The notes beneath the pieces were generated by a model that was not told the origin of the DNA, searched no databases, and saw only the letters and a list, made by a program, of their open reading frames with translations. The position numbers and the translations under genes are program-made. A stretch of 64,000 nucleotides of DNA. Origin: Heterodontus francisci. Lineage: Eukaryota. Of this stretch, positions 11,301 to 22,953 are shown one piece after another. The stretch spans positions 2,232,001-2,296,000 of the forward strand of contig NC_090415.1 of NCBI RefSeq assembly GCF_036365525.1, given 5' to 3'. Within the stretch, counting starts at the first letter, position 1. Every line of letters starts with the position of its first letter.

Positions 11301-14300
11301 ACTCGAGCGTGGGAACGGCCAAGGGAGGCTGGCCCATTATTAAATGATGCAGTGCGATGGGCAGGGGGTGGGAAAGGTCTGAGTGAGGGGGCTGCATGGG
11401 CCTCCCCCCACCCCCCCCCCACCCCCCACCCCGGACAGGGCCGATCCCCGAAGTGTGGCCTACTCACCCAGGTCACTTTCTTGATAAGGTTGGACATTCT
11501 CAGGAGCAGGATAGGCAGGTGACTGGGCTCCAAGGCGCTGACCGAATACTGGAGGCAGATGGCGAAGAGGTAGGCCGGTGCCAGCTTGAAGTGGTCCTCG
11601 GCCCCATCCGCGCCGCCCGCCGCCCGGGCCACGATCTCCGCCAGCAGCGGCCCTTCCTCCCCTTCCTCAGGCCGGAAGCGCAGCAGCGGCTCCCGGCTGC
11701 TCAGGTAGGCCCCGAAGGCCTCCTGGCCCTCCTGTAGGGCCCGGCCGCAGAGGAGGCAGGCGAAGGCCTCGCGCAGGCGGGCGGCCCCGCCCCCAGCGAG
11801 GGGGGAGGCAGGCAGCCAGGAGGGCGGGGCCGAGGGCGCACGGGGCTCCTTGTACATGAGCAGGTAGTGGTCACCCAGGCCCAGCAGGTCGCCGGGGAGC
11901 AGCTCCGCCTCCCCGAGCAGCAGCCCCCCGTTGCGGGTGAGACGGGCCCCCGGGTAGGCCTGCACCTGGGCCGCTGGCCGCCGGCCCGGCCTCTCGACCC
12001 GCCTCACACAGCAGTGCCGGGGCAGGATGTCCGGCGCGCACAGGGAGGTATCCACCGCCTCCCCGCCTCCCGGGCCTCCCCGTCTCGTTCGTCCGAAGAT
12101 GTGCTTGCTGCCAGCCATCAGATGGAGCACCAGGTCCTGCAGGGGGGAGAATAGAAGCAACAGCGTTCAGTGTCGGTTTGATGGGGGACAGTGTAGAGGG
12201 AGCTTTACTCTGTATCTAACCCCCCGTGCTGTACCTGTCCTGGGAGTGTTTGATGGGGGACAGTGCAGAGGGAGCTTTACTCTGTATCTAACCCCCCGTG
12301 CTGTACCTGTCCTGGGAGTGTTTGAGGGGGGACAGTGTAGAGGGAGCTTTACTCTGTATCTAACCCCCGTGCTGTACCTGTCCTGGGGAGTGTTTGATGG
12401 GGGACAGTGCAGAGGGAGCTTTACTCTGTATCTAACCCCCCATTTTTTTTTAACCTCGTTGCTGCAACCAGCACTCAGCACCTTCAATTAGGCAGCAGCA
12501 AACCCTGTGCTGTATCTGTCCTGGGAGTGTTTGATGGGGACAGTGTAGAGGGAGCTTTACTCTGTATCTAAACCCCCTTCCATGCTGTACCTGTCCTGGG
12601 GAGTGTTTGATGGGGGACAGTGTAGAGGGAGCTTTACTCTGTATCTAACCCCCCATGCTGTACCTGTCCTGGGAGTGTTTGATGGGGGACAGTGTAGAGG
12701 GAGCTTTACTCTGTATCTAACCCCCCGTTTTTTTTTAACCTCGTTGCTGCAACCAGCACTCAGCACCTCCAATTAGGCAGCAGCAAACCCTGTGCTGTAT
12801 CTGTCCTGGGAGTGTTTGATGGGGGGCAGTGTCGAGGGAGCTCCTCACCTTCTTGTCATCGTAGCCTTGCAGGAGGAGGAAGTAGGGGAGATCGGCGGGG
12901 GGCCGGATGAGCGTCTGGGCCATCTCCTCGTAGGCCCGCTGCCGGGCATGGCTGTCGGCATCCGTGTTTTCCGTCTGCCCCTCCCCGCCGCCCTCCAGGA
13001 CCAGCACACTCTTGATGCACTTTCGGTCCCTCTTGCGCTGCTCACTGAGGTTTGCCTCGCTGATGCTCCGTCGCAGAGTCGCGCTGCCTCCCTGCGATGC
13101 CTTCTCTCCCGTTGAGACACGGGCACGGCTTCGTTGCAGCTTCCGAGCCTGTGCGTTGATTCCTTTGTGGAGCGAGAGAGAGACCGGGGAGGAAAAAGAG
13201 GCACACGGCGTTAGTCGGTGGTGTCTGAGGGCCTGGGGGGTGTGGTGAGAGAGAGGCTGCCACCCAGCTCAGGAGGGATATCTTCATCGCCCACACTCTC
13301 TCCCACTCTCTCTCTTCCCTCCTCTCTTTATCACACCGTCTCTCTCTCTCTCTCTCCCGCGCTCTCTTTCCCCTCCTCTCTCTATCACACCTTCACCCTC
13401 TCCCACGCGTTCTCTCTCTCCTCTCCTCTCTTTATCACACCGTCTCTCTCTCTCTCCCCTCCTCTCTCTTTCACTACGTCTCTCTCTCCCTCCACTCCTC
13501 TCTCCATCACACCGTCTCTCTCTCCCACACGCTCTCTCTCTCCCCTCCTCTCTCTTTCACACCTTCTCTCTCTCCCCGCCTCTCTCTATCACACCATCTC
13601 TCTCTCCAACACTCTCTCTCCCCTCCTTTCCCTAGGACACCTTCTCTCTCTCCCGCGCTCTCTCTCTCTCCACTCCTCTCTTTTATAACGTCCATCTCTC
13701 TCTCCTGTGCCCTTTCTCTCACTCTCTCTCCCTCACTCTGTCACACCTTCTCCCTCTCCCGCATGCACTCTTTCTCCCATTCGCACTCTAAAACATGGTC
13801 CCTCTCTCTCCCATTCTCTATTACACGTTCTCTCTCTCTCTCCTGCGCTCTCTCTCTTTCATACCTTCTCTCTCTCTCTCCAACGCAATCTCTCTCCCCT
13901 CTCTCTCCCACACCACTCTCTCCCAGGATCCCACTTTCCCCCTTTACCATACGTTTCTCCCAAACCACCCACCCACGCTCTCTCTGCCCTGACACCCTGC
14001 CCTGACATTGTGGATAGGTGGGAAGTGAGGGATACGGGGAGCAGGTGGGTTGGTGGTGAGTGAAGAATATAGGGAGAAGCTGGGAATTGACGGATATGGG
14101 GAGAAGGTGGGTAGATGGGGAGTGAAAAATATGGGCAGAAGGTGGGTAGGTGGGGAGTGAGGGATATGGGGAGAAGGTGGGTAGGTGGGGAGTGAGGGAT
14201 ATGGGGAGAAGGTGGGTAGGTGGGGAGTGAAAAATATGGGAAGAAGGTGGGTAGGTGGGGAGTGAGGGATATGGGGAGAAGGTGGGTAGGTGGGGAGTGA

Positions 14301-17300
14301 GGGATATCGGGAGAAGGTGGGTAGGTGGGGAGTGAAAAATATGGGCAGAAGGTGGGTAGGTGGGGAGTGAGGGATATGGGGAGAAGGTGGGTAGGTGGGG
14401 AGTGAGGGATATGGGGAGAAGGTGGGGAGGTGGGGAGTGGGGGATATGGGGAGAAGGTGGGTAGGTGGGGAGTGAGGGATATGGGGAGAAGGTGGGTAGG
14501 TGGGGAGTGAGGGATATGGGGAGAAGGTGGGTAGGTGGGGAGTGAGGGATATGGGGAGAAGGTGGGGAGGTGGGGAGTGAGGGATATGGGGAGAAGGTGG
14601 GTAGGTGGGGAGTGAGGGATATGGGGAGAAGGTGGGGAGTGAGGGATACGGGGAGAAGGTGGGTAGTTGGGGAGTGAGGGATACGGGGAGAAGGTGGGTA
14701 GGTGGGGAGTGAAAAATATGGGAAGAAGGTGGGTAGGTGGGGAGTGAGGGATACGGGGAGAAGGTGGGTAGTTGGGGAGTGAGGGATACGGGGAGAAGGT
14801 GGGTAGGTGGGGAGTGAGGGATACGGGGAGAAGGTGGGTAGGTGGGGAGTGAGGGATACGGGGAGAAGGTGGGTAGGTGGGGAGTGAGGGATACGGGGAG
14901 AAGGTGGGGAGGTGGGGACTGAGGGATATGGGGAGAAGGTGGGTAGGTGGGGAGTGAGGGATATGGGATAAAGCCGGGGAGTGAGGGATAGGGGAAAACG
15001 TGGGTAGGTGGGGAGTGAGGGATATGGGGTAAAGCTGGGGAGTGAGGGATACCGGAAGAAGGTGGGTAGGTGGGGAGTGAGGGATATGGGGAGAAGGTGG
15101 GTCAGTGGTGAGTGAGGGATATGGGGAGAAGGTGGGTAGGTGGGGAGTGAGGGATATGGGGAGAAGATGGGTAGGTGGGGAGGAATAGGGGAGAAGGTGG
15201 GTAGGTGGAGAGTGAGGGATATGGGGTAAAGCTGGGGAGTGAGGGATATGGGGAGAAGGTGGGTAGGTGGAGAGTGAGGGATATGGGGAGAAGGTGGGTA
15301 GGTGGGAAGTGAGGGATACGTAGAGAAGGTGCGTAGGTGGGGAGTGAGGATATGAGGAGAAGGTGGGTAGGTGGGGAGTGAGGGATATGGGGAGAAGGTG
15401 GGTAGGTGGGGAGTGAGGGATAGGGGGAGTGCGTGGGGATTGAGGGATAGGGGGAGAGGGTGGAGTGTGAGGGATAGGGGGAGAGGGTGGGGATAGAGGG
15501 ATAGGGGGAGTGCGTGGGGATTGAGGGATAGGGGGAGAGGGTGGAGTGTGAGGGATAGGGGGAGAGGGTGGGAATTGAGGGATAGGGGGAGAGGGTGGGG
15601 AGTGAGGGATGGGGGAGAGGGTGGGGATTGAGGGATAGGGTGGGGACTGAGGGATAGGGGGAGAGGGTGGGGATTGAGGGATAGGGGGAGAGGGTGGGGA
15701 GTGAGGGATAGGGGGAGAGGGTGGGGAGTGAGGGATAGGGGGAGAGGGTGGGGAGAGAGGAATAGGGGGAGAGGGTGGGGAGTGAGGGATAGGGGGAGTG
15801 CGTGGGGATTGAGGGATAGGGGTAGAGGGTGGAGTGTGAGGGATAGGGGGAGAGGGTGGGGAGAGAGGGATGGGGGAGAGGGTGGGGAGTGAGGGATAGG
15901 GGGAGTGCGTGGGGATTGAGGGATAGGGGGAGAGGGTGGAGTGTGAGGGATAGGGGGAGAGGGTGGGGAGAGAGAGATAGGGGGAGAGGGTGGTGAGTGA
16001 GGGATAGGGGGAGAGGGGTGGGGAGAGAGGGATAGGGGGAGAAGGTGGAGAGTGAGGGATAGGGGGAGAGGTGGAGAGTGAGGGATAGGGGGAGAGGGTG
16101 GGGAGTGAGGGATAGGTGGGGAGAGAGGGAGAGGGGGGATTGAGGGATAGGGGGAGAGGGTGGGGAGTGAGGGTTAGGGGGAGAGGGTGGGGAGTGAGGG
16201 ATAGGGTGGGGAGTGAGGGATAGGGGGAGAGGGTGGAGAGTGAGCGATAGGGGGAGAGGGTGGGGATTGAGGGATTGGGGGAGAGGGTGGGGAGAGAGGG
16301 ATAGGGGGAGAGGGTGGGGAGTGAGGGATTGGGGGAGAGGGTGGGGACTGAGGGATAGGGGGAGAGGGTGGGGAGTGAGCGATAGGGTGGGGAGTGAGGG
16401 ATAGGGGGAGAGGGTGGGGAGTGAGGGATAGGGGGAGAGGGTGGGGAGTGAGCGATAGGGTGGGGAGTGAGGGATAGGGGGAGAGGGTGGAGAGTGAGCG
16501 ATAGGGGGAGAGGGTGGGGATTGAGGGATTGGGGGAGAGGGTGGGGAGTGAGGGATAGGGGGAGAGGGTGGGGAGTGAGCGATAGGGTGGGGAGTGAGGG
16601 ATAGGGGGAGAGGGTGGGGAGTGAGGGATAGGGGGAGAGGGTGGGGATGTGAGCGATAGGGGGAGAGGGTGGGGATTGAGGGATAGGGGAGAGGGTGGGG
16701 AGTGAGGGATAGGGGGAGAGGGTGGGGAGTGAGGGATAGGGGGAGAGGGTGGGGAGAGAGGGATGGGGGAGAGGGTGGGGAGTGAGGGATAGGGGGAGTG
16801 CGTGGGGATTGAGGGATAGGGGGAGAGGGTGGAGTGTGAGGGATAGGGGGAGAGGGTGGGGAGAGAGGGATAGGGGGAGAAGGTGGAGAGTGAGGGATAG
16901 GGGGAGAGGGTGGAGAGTGAGGGATAGGGGGAGAGGGTGGGGAGTGAGGGATAGGGTGGGGAGTGAGGGATAGGGGGAGAGGGTGGAGAGTGAGGGATAG
17001 GGGGAGAGGGTGGGGAGAGAGGGAGAGGGTGGGGATTGAGGGATAGGGGGAGAGGGTGGGGAGTGAGGGTTAGGGGGAGAGGGTGGGGAGTGAGGGATAG
17101 GGTGGGGAGTGAGGGATAGGGGGAGAGGGTGGAGAGTGAGCGATAGGGGGAGAGGGTGGTGATTGAGGGATTGGGGGAGAGGGTGGGGAGAGAGGGATAG
17201 GGTGGGGAGTGAGGGATAGGGGGAGAGGGTGGGGAGTGAGCGATAGGGTGGGGAGTGAGGGATAGGGGGAGAGGGTGGGGAGTGAGGGATAGGGGGAGAG

Positions 17301-20300
17301 GGTGGGGAAGTGAGCGATAGGGGGAGAGGGTGGGGATTGAGGGATAGGGGGAGAGGGTGGGGAGTGAGGGATAGGGGGAGAGGGTGGGGAGTGAGGGATA
17401 GGGGGAGAGGGTGGGGAGAGAGGGATAGGGTGGGGAGTGAGGGGATAGGGGGAGAGGGTGAGGAGTGAGCGATAGGGTGGGGGATTGAGGGATAGGGGGA
17501 GAGGGTGGGGAGTGAGGGATAGGGGGAGAGGGTGGGGAGAGAAGGATAGGGGGAGAAGGTGGGGAGTGAGGATAGGGGGAGAGGGTGGGGATTGAGGGAT
17601 AGGGGGGAGAGGGTGGGGAGAGAGGGATAGGGGGGAGAGGGTGGGGATTGAGGGATAGGGGGAGAGGGTGGGGAGAGAGGGATAGGGGGAGAGGGTGGGG
17701 ATTGAGGGATAGGGGGAGAGGGTGGGGAGTGAGGGATAGGGGGAGAGGGTGGGGAGAGAGGGATAGGGTGGGGAGTGAGGGATAGGGGGAGAGGGTGGGG
17801 AGAGAGGGATAGGGGGAGAGGGTGGGGAGAGAGGGATAGGGTGGGGAGTGAGGGATAGGGGGAGAGGGTGGGGGAGAGAGGGATGGGGGAGAGGGTGGGG
17901 AGAGAGGATAGGGTGGGGAGTGAGGGATAGGGGGAGAGGGTGGGGAGTGAGCGATAGGGTGGGGAGTGAGGGATAGGGGGAGAGGGTGGGGAGTGAGGGA
18001 TAGGGGAGAGGGTGGGGAGTGAGGGATAGGGGGAGAGGGTGGGGAGAGAGGGATTGGGGAGTGTGTGGGGATTGAGGGATAGGGGGAGAGGGTGGAGTGT
18101 GAGGGATAGGGGGGAGAGGGTGGGGAGTGAGGGATAGGGGGAGAGGGTGGGGAGTGAGCGATAGGGTGGGGAGTGAGGGATAGGGGGAGTGCGTGGGGAT
18201 TGAGGGATAGGGGGAGAGGGTGGGGAGTGAGCGATAGGGTGGGGAGTGAGGGATAGGGGGAGTGCGTGGGGATTGAGGGATGGGGGAGTGCGTGGGGATT
18301 GAGGGATAGGGGGAGAGGGTGGGGAGAGAGGGATAGGGTGGGGAGTGAGGGATAGGGGGAGTGCGTGGGGAGTGAGGGATTGGGGGAGTGTGTGGGGATT
18401 GAGGGATAGGGGGAGAGGGTGGAGTGTGCCCTCGCACTGTGGGCCTGTGTTGGTCTCTCGGAGAGCTATCAGGTCCCCACTACCCCCCCACCCCCACCCC
18501 GGGTTTGGAGGCGTCGGAGAGGTGGGGTGGGGCGCGGAGGAGGGTCTCGGGGAGCAGCCGGGCACCCACCTTCCGTCACCGTGTCCTCGTGCTCCTCCAT
18601 CCTCCGCACGTCCTCCCTGCGACGGATCTCAAAGCGGCGGGAGAACCCCCTGCGGGGGCGCCACATCTCCTGGAGGACCAGCGGCCTCTCCGAGTCGCCC
18701 ACCACCCGCAGGCACTGGGTCTGCCAGCTGCCGGCCGGCCCGTCGACCCGGCCCACCACGTCGCAGAGCAGGAAGTTGGCGGGCTGCTCCTGGCACATTG
18801 AGTAGCGGGCGAGCACCTCCTTTACCAGCCCTCCGGCGCTCGAGCGGGCGGTGGCCAGCACGCTCTTGTAGTTAGCGCCCGCGCTGATCCGGTCGCCAAA
18901 GATCTTGAGCACCCCGGGGGCGCCGGGCTGCACGGAGAGCTCCTCCTCGCCCTCCTCCTCCACCTCGGCCGCCCCCCGCCTCCCGGACTCCGGGCGCTCC
19001 TCCTCCGCCGCCTCCCGGACGAGCCCCCCCTCGGCCAGCTTGCGCTCGCTGCCCCAGCGGGGCGCGGCCGAAGATCTGCGAGACCCCGCTTGCTCCGGTG
19101 CGGGCGCGCCCGTCCCGGCGGGCGCAGCTCCACCGTCTCGCTGGTGCGGCTGCCGGTCTCCGAGCTGGTCGACCTGCGAAGGCGTCGAAGGGGAGAAGGT
19201 TTGAGAACAAAGATTTCGCTTCCNNNNNNNNNNNNNNNNNNNNNNNNNNNNNNNNNNNNNNNNNNNNNNNNNNNNNNNNNNNNNNNNNNNNNNNNNNNNN
19301 NNNNNNNNNNNNNNNNNNNNNNNNNNNNNNNNNNNNNNNNNNNNNNNNNNNNNNNNNNNNNNNNNNNNNNNNNNNNNNNNNNNNNNNNNNNNNNNNNNNN
19401 NNNNNNNNNNNNNNNNNNNNNNNNNNNNNNNNNNNNNNNNNNNNNNNNNNNNNNNNNNNNNNNNNNNNNNNNNNNNNNNNNNNNNNNNNNNNNNNNNNNN
19501 NNNNCTCCTCTCTGTCCCTCTCTCTGTCTGTCTCTTTCTCTGTCTCTCTCTCTCTTTGTCTNNNNNNNNNNNNNNNNNNNNNNNNNNNNNNNNNNNNNNN
19601 NNNNNNNNNNNNNNNNNNNNNNNNNNNNNNNNNNNNNNNNNNNNNNNNNNNNNNNNNNNNNNNNNNNNNNNNNNNNNNNNNNNNNNNNNNNNNNNNNNNN
19701 NNNNNNNNNNNNNNNNNNNNNNNNNNNNNNNNNNNNNNNNNNNNNNNNNNNNNNNNNNNNNNNNNNNNNNNNNNNNNNNNNNNNNNNNNNNNNNNNNNNN
19801 NNNNNNNNNNNNNNNNNNNNNNNNNNNNNNNNNNNNNNNNNNNNNNNNNNNNNNNNNNNNNNNNNNNNNNNNNNNNNNNNNNNNNNNNNNNNNNNNNNNN
19901 NNNNNNNNNNNNNNNNNNNNNNNNNNNNNNNNNNNNNNNNNNNNNNNNNNNNNNNNNNNNNNNNNNNNNNNNNNNNNNNNNNNNNNNNNNNNNNNNNNNN
20001 NNNNNNNNNNNNNNNNNNNNNNNNNCTCTATCTCTCTCTGTGTCTCTGTCTCTCTCTCTCTGTTTGTTTCTCTGTCTCTCTCCCTTTGTTTCTCTCTGTC
20101 CCTCCCCATCTCCCTCTGTGTGTGTGTGTCTCTCAGTTATCTTCTCTGTCTCTTTCCGTCTCTCTCTCTCTCTTCTTCCCTCCCCCGCCCCACCCCCTCC
20201 GTTTTTTCTCTCTCTCTCACTCCATAAACCTCTTCCCTCCCGTCCTGCCGGATCCCACGGCGGATTGCCCTGCCACGTACTTGACCGATCCCGCGCTGGG

Positions 20301-20417
20301 CCATCTCTTCCCGAGTTTCACGAAGTGTTTTTTGGGAGAATTGATCCACAGTCCGAAGGGGATGTGCAGCTTTCCAAACCTGGGGGTCCCGGCATCGCTG
20401 CGGCTGTCCGAAAACAT
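4461..20417 (-). CDS. RASIP1: Ras-interacting protein 1 (RA, FHA-like and Dilute domains), about 928 aa. Coding exons: 20417-20281, 19173-18570, 13162-12849, 12136-11468, 10915-10878, 9750-9587, 9474-9359, 8175-7935, 6346-6174, 5223-5076, 4642-4461
   Basis: Peptides match RASIP1: [119 protein letters not shown]. Splice phases chain correctly except exon 2 (604 nt, net +2/-1). One donor is GC. AATAAA on the minus strand at 3984-3989. Confidence 0.95.
5280..6160 (+). repeat. C-rich degenerate minisatellite (TTACCCCCATTACACCCC-like)
   Basis: Visible tandem periodicity within a RASIP1 intron. Confidence 0.85.
6640..7400 (+). repeat. ~50-bp tandem array (CCCCATAGCCCTGTATCAATCCCCAAACTAATCCCACTGCCCCGCTCTCT), followed by (CA)n
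   Basis: About 15 near-identical copies; resembles the CR1 3' UTR segment at 54823-54860. Confidence 0.9.
8600..9345 (+). repeat. AT-rich degenerate tandem repeat (GATGAGGTAATACACATCCT-like)
   Basis: Tandem units visible; they generate spurious His/Cys-rich ORFs. Confidence 0.85.
9855..10405 (-). repeat. ~89-bp Deu-SINE-derived tandem array (about 6 copies, inverted)
   Basis: Reverse complement of the 81-680 unit. Confidence 0.9.
10410..10830 (+). mobile_element. L2-like LINE 3' fragment
   Basis: CCCTACACTGGCTCC..TTTTACAAT..TCAAATCCCTCCATGGCC..GCTCTGGAATTCCCTCCC, typical of an L2 3' end; similar pieces near 3630, 34940 and 51080. Confidence 0.55.
12170..12840 (+). repeat. ~69-bp minisatellite array with a higher-order duplication
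   Basis: The spacer TTTTTTTAACCTCGTTGCTGCAACCAGCACTCAGCACC occurs twice (about 12443 and 12728). Confidence 0.9.
14010..18430 (+). repeat. 4.4-kb G-rich compound minisatellite (34-bp unit, then 27-bp unit)
   Basis: GAAGGTGGGTAGGTGGGGAGTGAGGGATATGGGGA to about 15410, then GGGTGGGGAGTGAGGGATAGGGGGAGA. Confidence 0.95.
19224..20025. other. Two N runs (19224-19504 and 19562-20025) in a RASIP1 intron
   Basis: N bases flanked by CT microsatellite. Confidence 0.95.
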
Positions 20418-21329
20418 GGCCTCGGCACCCAGGAGAAAGACCCCCGCCCACCCCCCCCGTCTCCTGAGACAAAAGTTTCTCTCTCTGTCTGTCTGTCTCT
20501 CGCTGTTGCCGTCTTCTCTATGTCTGAATACTGAGGCTGGCTTTAATACCCTCCGCTCTATAATTAGCCTCGCCTTTGTCTCAGAGTCCTGTTTCCTCTC
20601 AGCTTTTTCCTGCCGCCTCCCAGGTCAATCAGCTCACGTCAGACTCTGGAAGGAAGCTTTCTGCAAATGTCGGGCATGTTACATTTCAACCAACTGCTAC
20701 CCGCCCCAAACCTCCCTCCCCCACCCCCCCCCCCCCCCACTCCTCCTCCTCTCTCATCCCGCGTCCGCCCAAGTCTCCAGCTGCGGCCGCAGGACGCACG
20801 GTGTCGTCCCGTCTCAGCCCCGCCTCCTTCTGGCGCCTCCTTCTCCCGACTGGGCGCCGGTGTCCCCCCGCGGACGCGCCGCCAGGCGGCGGGGGCCGCG
20901 GGGTTTGGGAGGGGCTGCCGAAGGAGCCTTGGCAAGTCGCTGCTGTGCACCTTGTCGACCGTCTCCCATATATCCCACCCGCCCCGCATGGCGGCCAGCC
21001 TTGTGGGGGGGGGGGGGGGGGGGGCGCTGGGGGGGGGACGCTTGCCTCCCTGAGAGGGGCTACGTAGACGCAGGTTGTTGTTGTCGGCCTTGTATGACAT
21101 CATCGACTTTGAGCGGCCAATCGTCCGGACTGTTTCGCCGGGGAAAGGCGGCCATGTTCTGGTTTCAATGTCATATTCTTGACCGTGCGAGGAGGTGAGG
21201 TGGCTCGAAGGGGTTGTGGGGGCGGCGGGGGGGGGGGGGGGGGGGGGGGCGGGGGGGGGGGTGGAGGAATAAAGCGGAAAAGGGGTTGAAGATTGAGGAA
21301 AAATAGGCCAACTTGGCCAAAAAGAATGG

Positions 21330-21970
21330 CGGGCGCATGTTCGTGACGTCACGCATTGTCAACCGTCAAGTCCTTAAAATGGGCCCAATGACGGGGTTTT
21401 TTTTCTTGTTTTAATATCGATTATTATATGAAGTAAATTTCCCGGGGGGAGAGAAATATTCGCAATGGGGAAAGAATTAATTTTTAATCATTAAAGTTGA
21501 AAACAAAAATTTGAATGGCGGTCACATGATGCGTGACGTCATCATTTTAACGGTCGCGAGCGTCGGCAGCTGATTGAAAACAAAGGGTTTTTTTCTGCCT
21601 TTTTCTTTAACAATAATTATCGTGTAATGATTTACAAGTTATTTCGATGGAGGAAAACGTAAATAAAGATGCGAGGGGTTATAAGGATTTATTTACCGCG
21701 GGGTTTGTGGGGGGGGGGGGGGGGTAGGTGTGGTCACATGATGCATGACGTCAGCGGCTTTCCAACGGTCAAGCCTTCAAATTGATCGAGTAAAGGTGTT
21801 TTTAAAATTATTATTTTGGTATTATTTGCGATAGGATGATTTTGGAAGTCGGTTAAAGTAAAGGATGAAAAAGCAGAGATGAGGATTTAATATTGACCGG
21901 AATTTGAAAGGGGGCGGGGCCGCGCTGGTTCCCCATGATGCCGCGCGCGCGGCGCCTATATAAGGCCGCT
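21330..21970 (+). promoter_or_regulatory. RASIP1/COX6B divergent promoter: three CRE-containing modules, GC box, ZNF143-like site, TATA
   Basis: TGACGTCA at 21344, 21534 and 21746; GGGGCGGGGC near 21911; CCCATGATGCC near 21932; TATATAA at 21957. Confidence 0.7.
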
Positions 21971-22953
21971 CCGCCGCTGCTGCTGTCAGTCGGCAGCGGG
22001 CGATTGTAGGGTGGGTTGGTTGGTTGGTGCGTTGGGCTCCGCCGCGGCCGCCTGCGGCCTACAGCCGGCTGAAATGAGAGGGGGTTGGGGAGGAAAGAGG
22101 GGGTTGATCACCCCGACATGGGGGGAAGGGAGGGGTGCTTATGTGAACTGGAAGTCATTTTGGGGAGGGGGGTGGGTGGATGGGTCACGTGGGTGGGTCA
22201 CATGGTGCGTTGGGGAGGGGCCTGGTCACCTCTAGTCAAGCTTGTCTTTCTATATATTTTTTTTGCCTGACTCTGTGTCTGTGTGCCTTTTCTGTCTCTT
22301 GCTGTTGTGGGATCTTGCTGTGCTGATCGTGGTTCTTCCCCCCCCCCCCCTCCCTCCCTGGGTTGCAAATGTCAGTGTAAAGGGGTGGATGGGGGGGGTT
22401 GTGTCTACGGCGTGGGCGCGGTGAGGGGAAGGATTCGGAGACTTGTCGCCTCTTTCTTGGTTCTGGCTGTGCTGCTGCGGGATCTTGCTGCGCGACGAAG
22501 TGGCCCACTGGGTTCCTGTGTGGGCCTCTCTCTCTCTGTTCTCTGGGATCTTGCTGTGCATGAAATGGCCCACTGGGTGTCGGCGTTAAAAAGGGGGTGG
22601 AATAGTGCCTGTGGCGTGTTAAGGGAGGGAGAGAGAGGGCGCCGGGGTGGGGTGGGGTGGGGTGGGGGGGGTCGTAAGATCCCGTGGCCTTGTCTGCCTC
22701 TGTTTGTTTGTGTGGGATCTTGCTGAGCATAAAGGGGGCCAGGGCGGGTGCGTGGGTTTCGATCTCTCGCGTATCCCCCCCCCCGATTCCCATCACTTCG
22801 GCCACTGGCGGTTATGCCTTCAGCTGCCCTGGGATTCCCTAAGCTTGGGAATTTCCTCTCTGCCTCTCTCGCGCTCTCTCTCTCTCCTGTGAAGGCTGTC
22901 CCCTAACTCCTGCCTCTCCCTCATCCCTCTCCCTGCAGGTTTCCACGTCCAGC

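Noticed and set aside
13859-18565. 1568-aa Pro/Ser/His-rich ORF (extensin-like)
   Set aside because: Translation of a stop-poor intronic minisatellite; several frames are open.
19140-19175. [11 protein letters not shown] resembling RASIP1 IGDRQPENH
   Set aside because: Coincidental out-of-frame reading; the true exon is 10915-10878.
21059-21160. Short minus-strand ORF MAAFPRRNSPDDWPLK...
   Set aside because: About 31 codons, with no homology or splice support; probably promoter or 5' UTR sequence.
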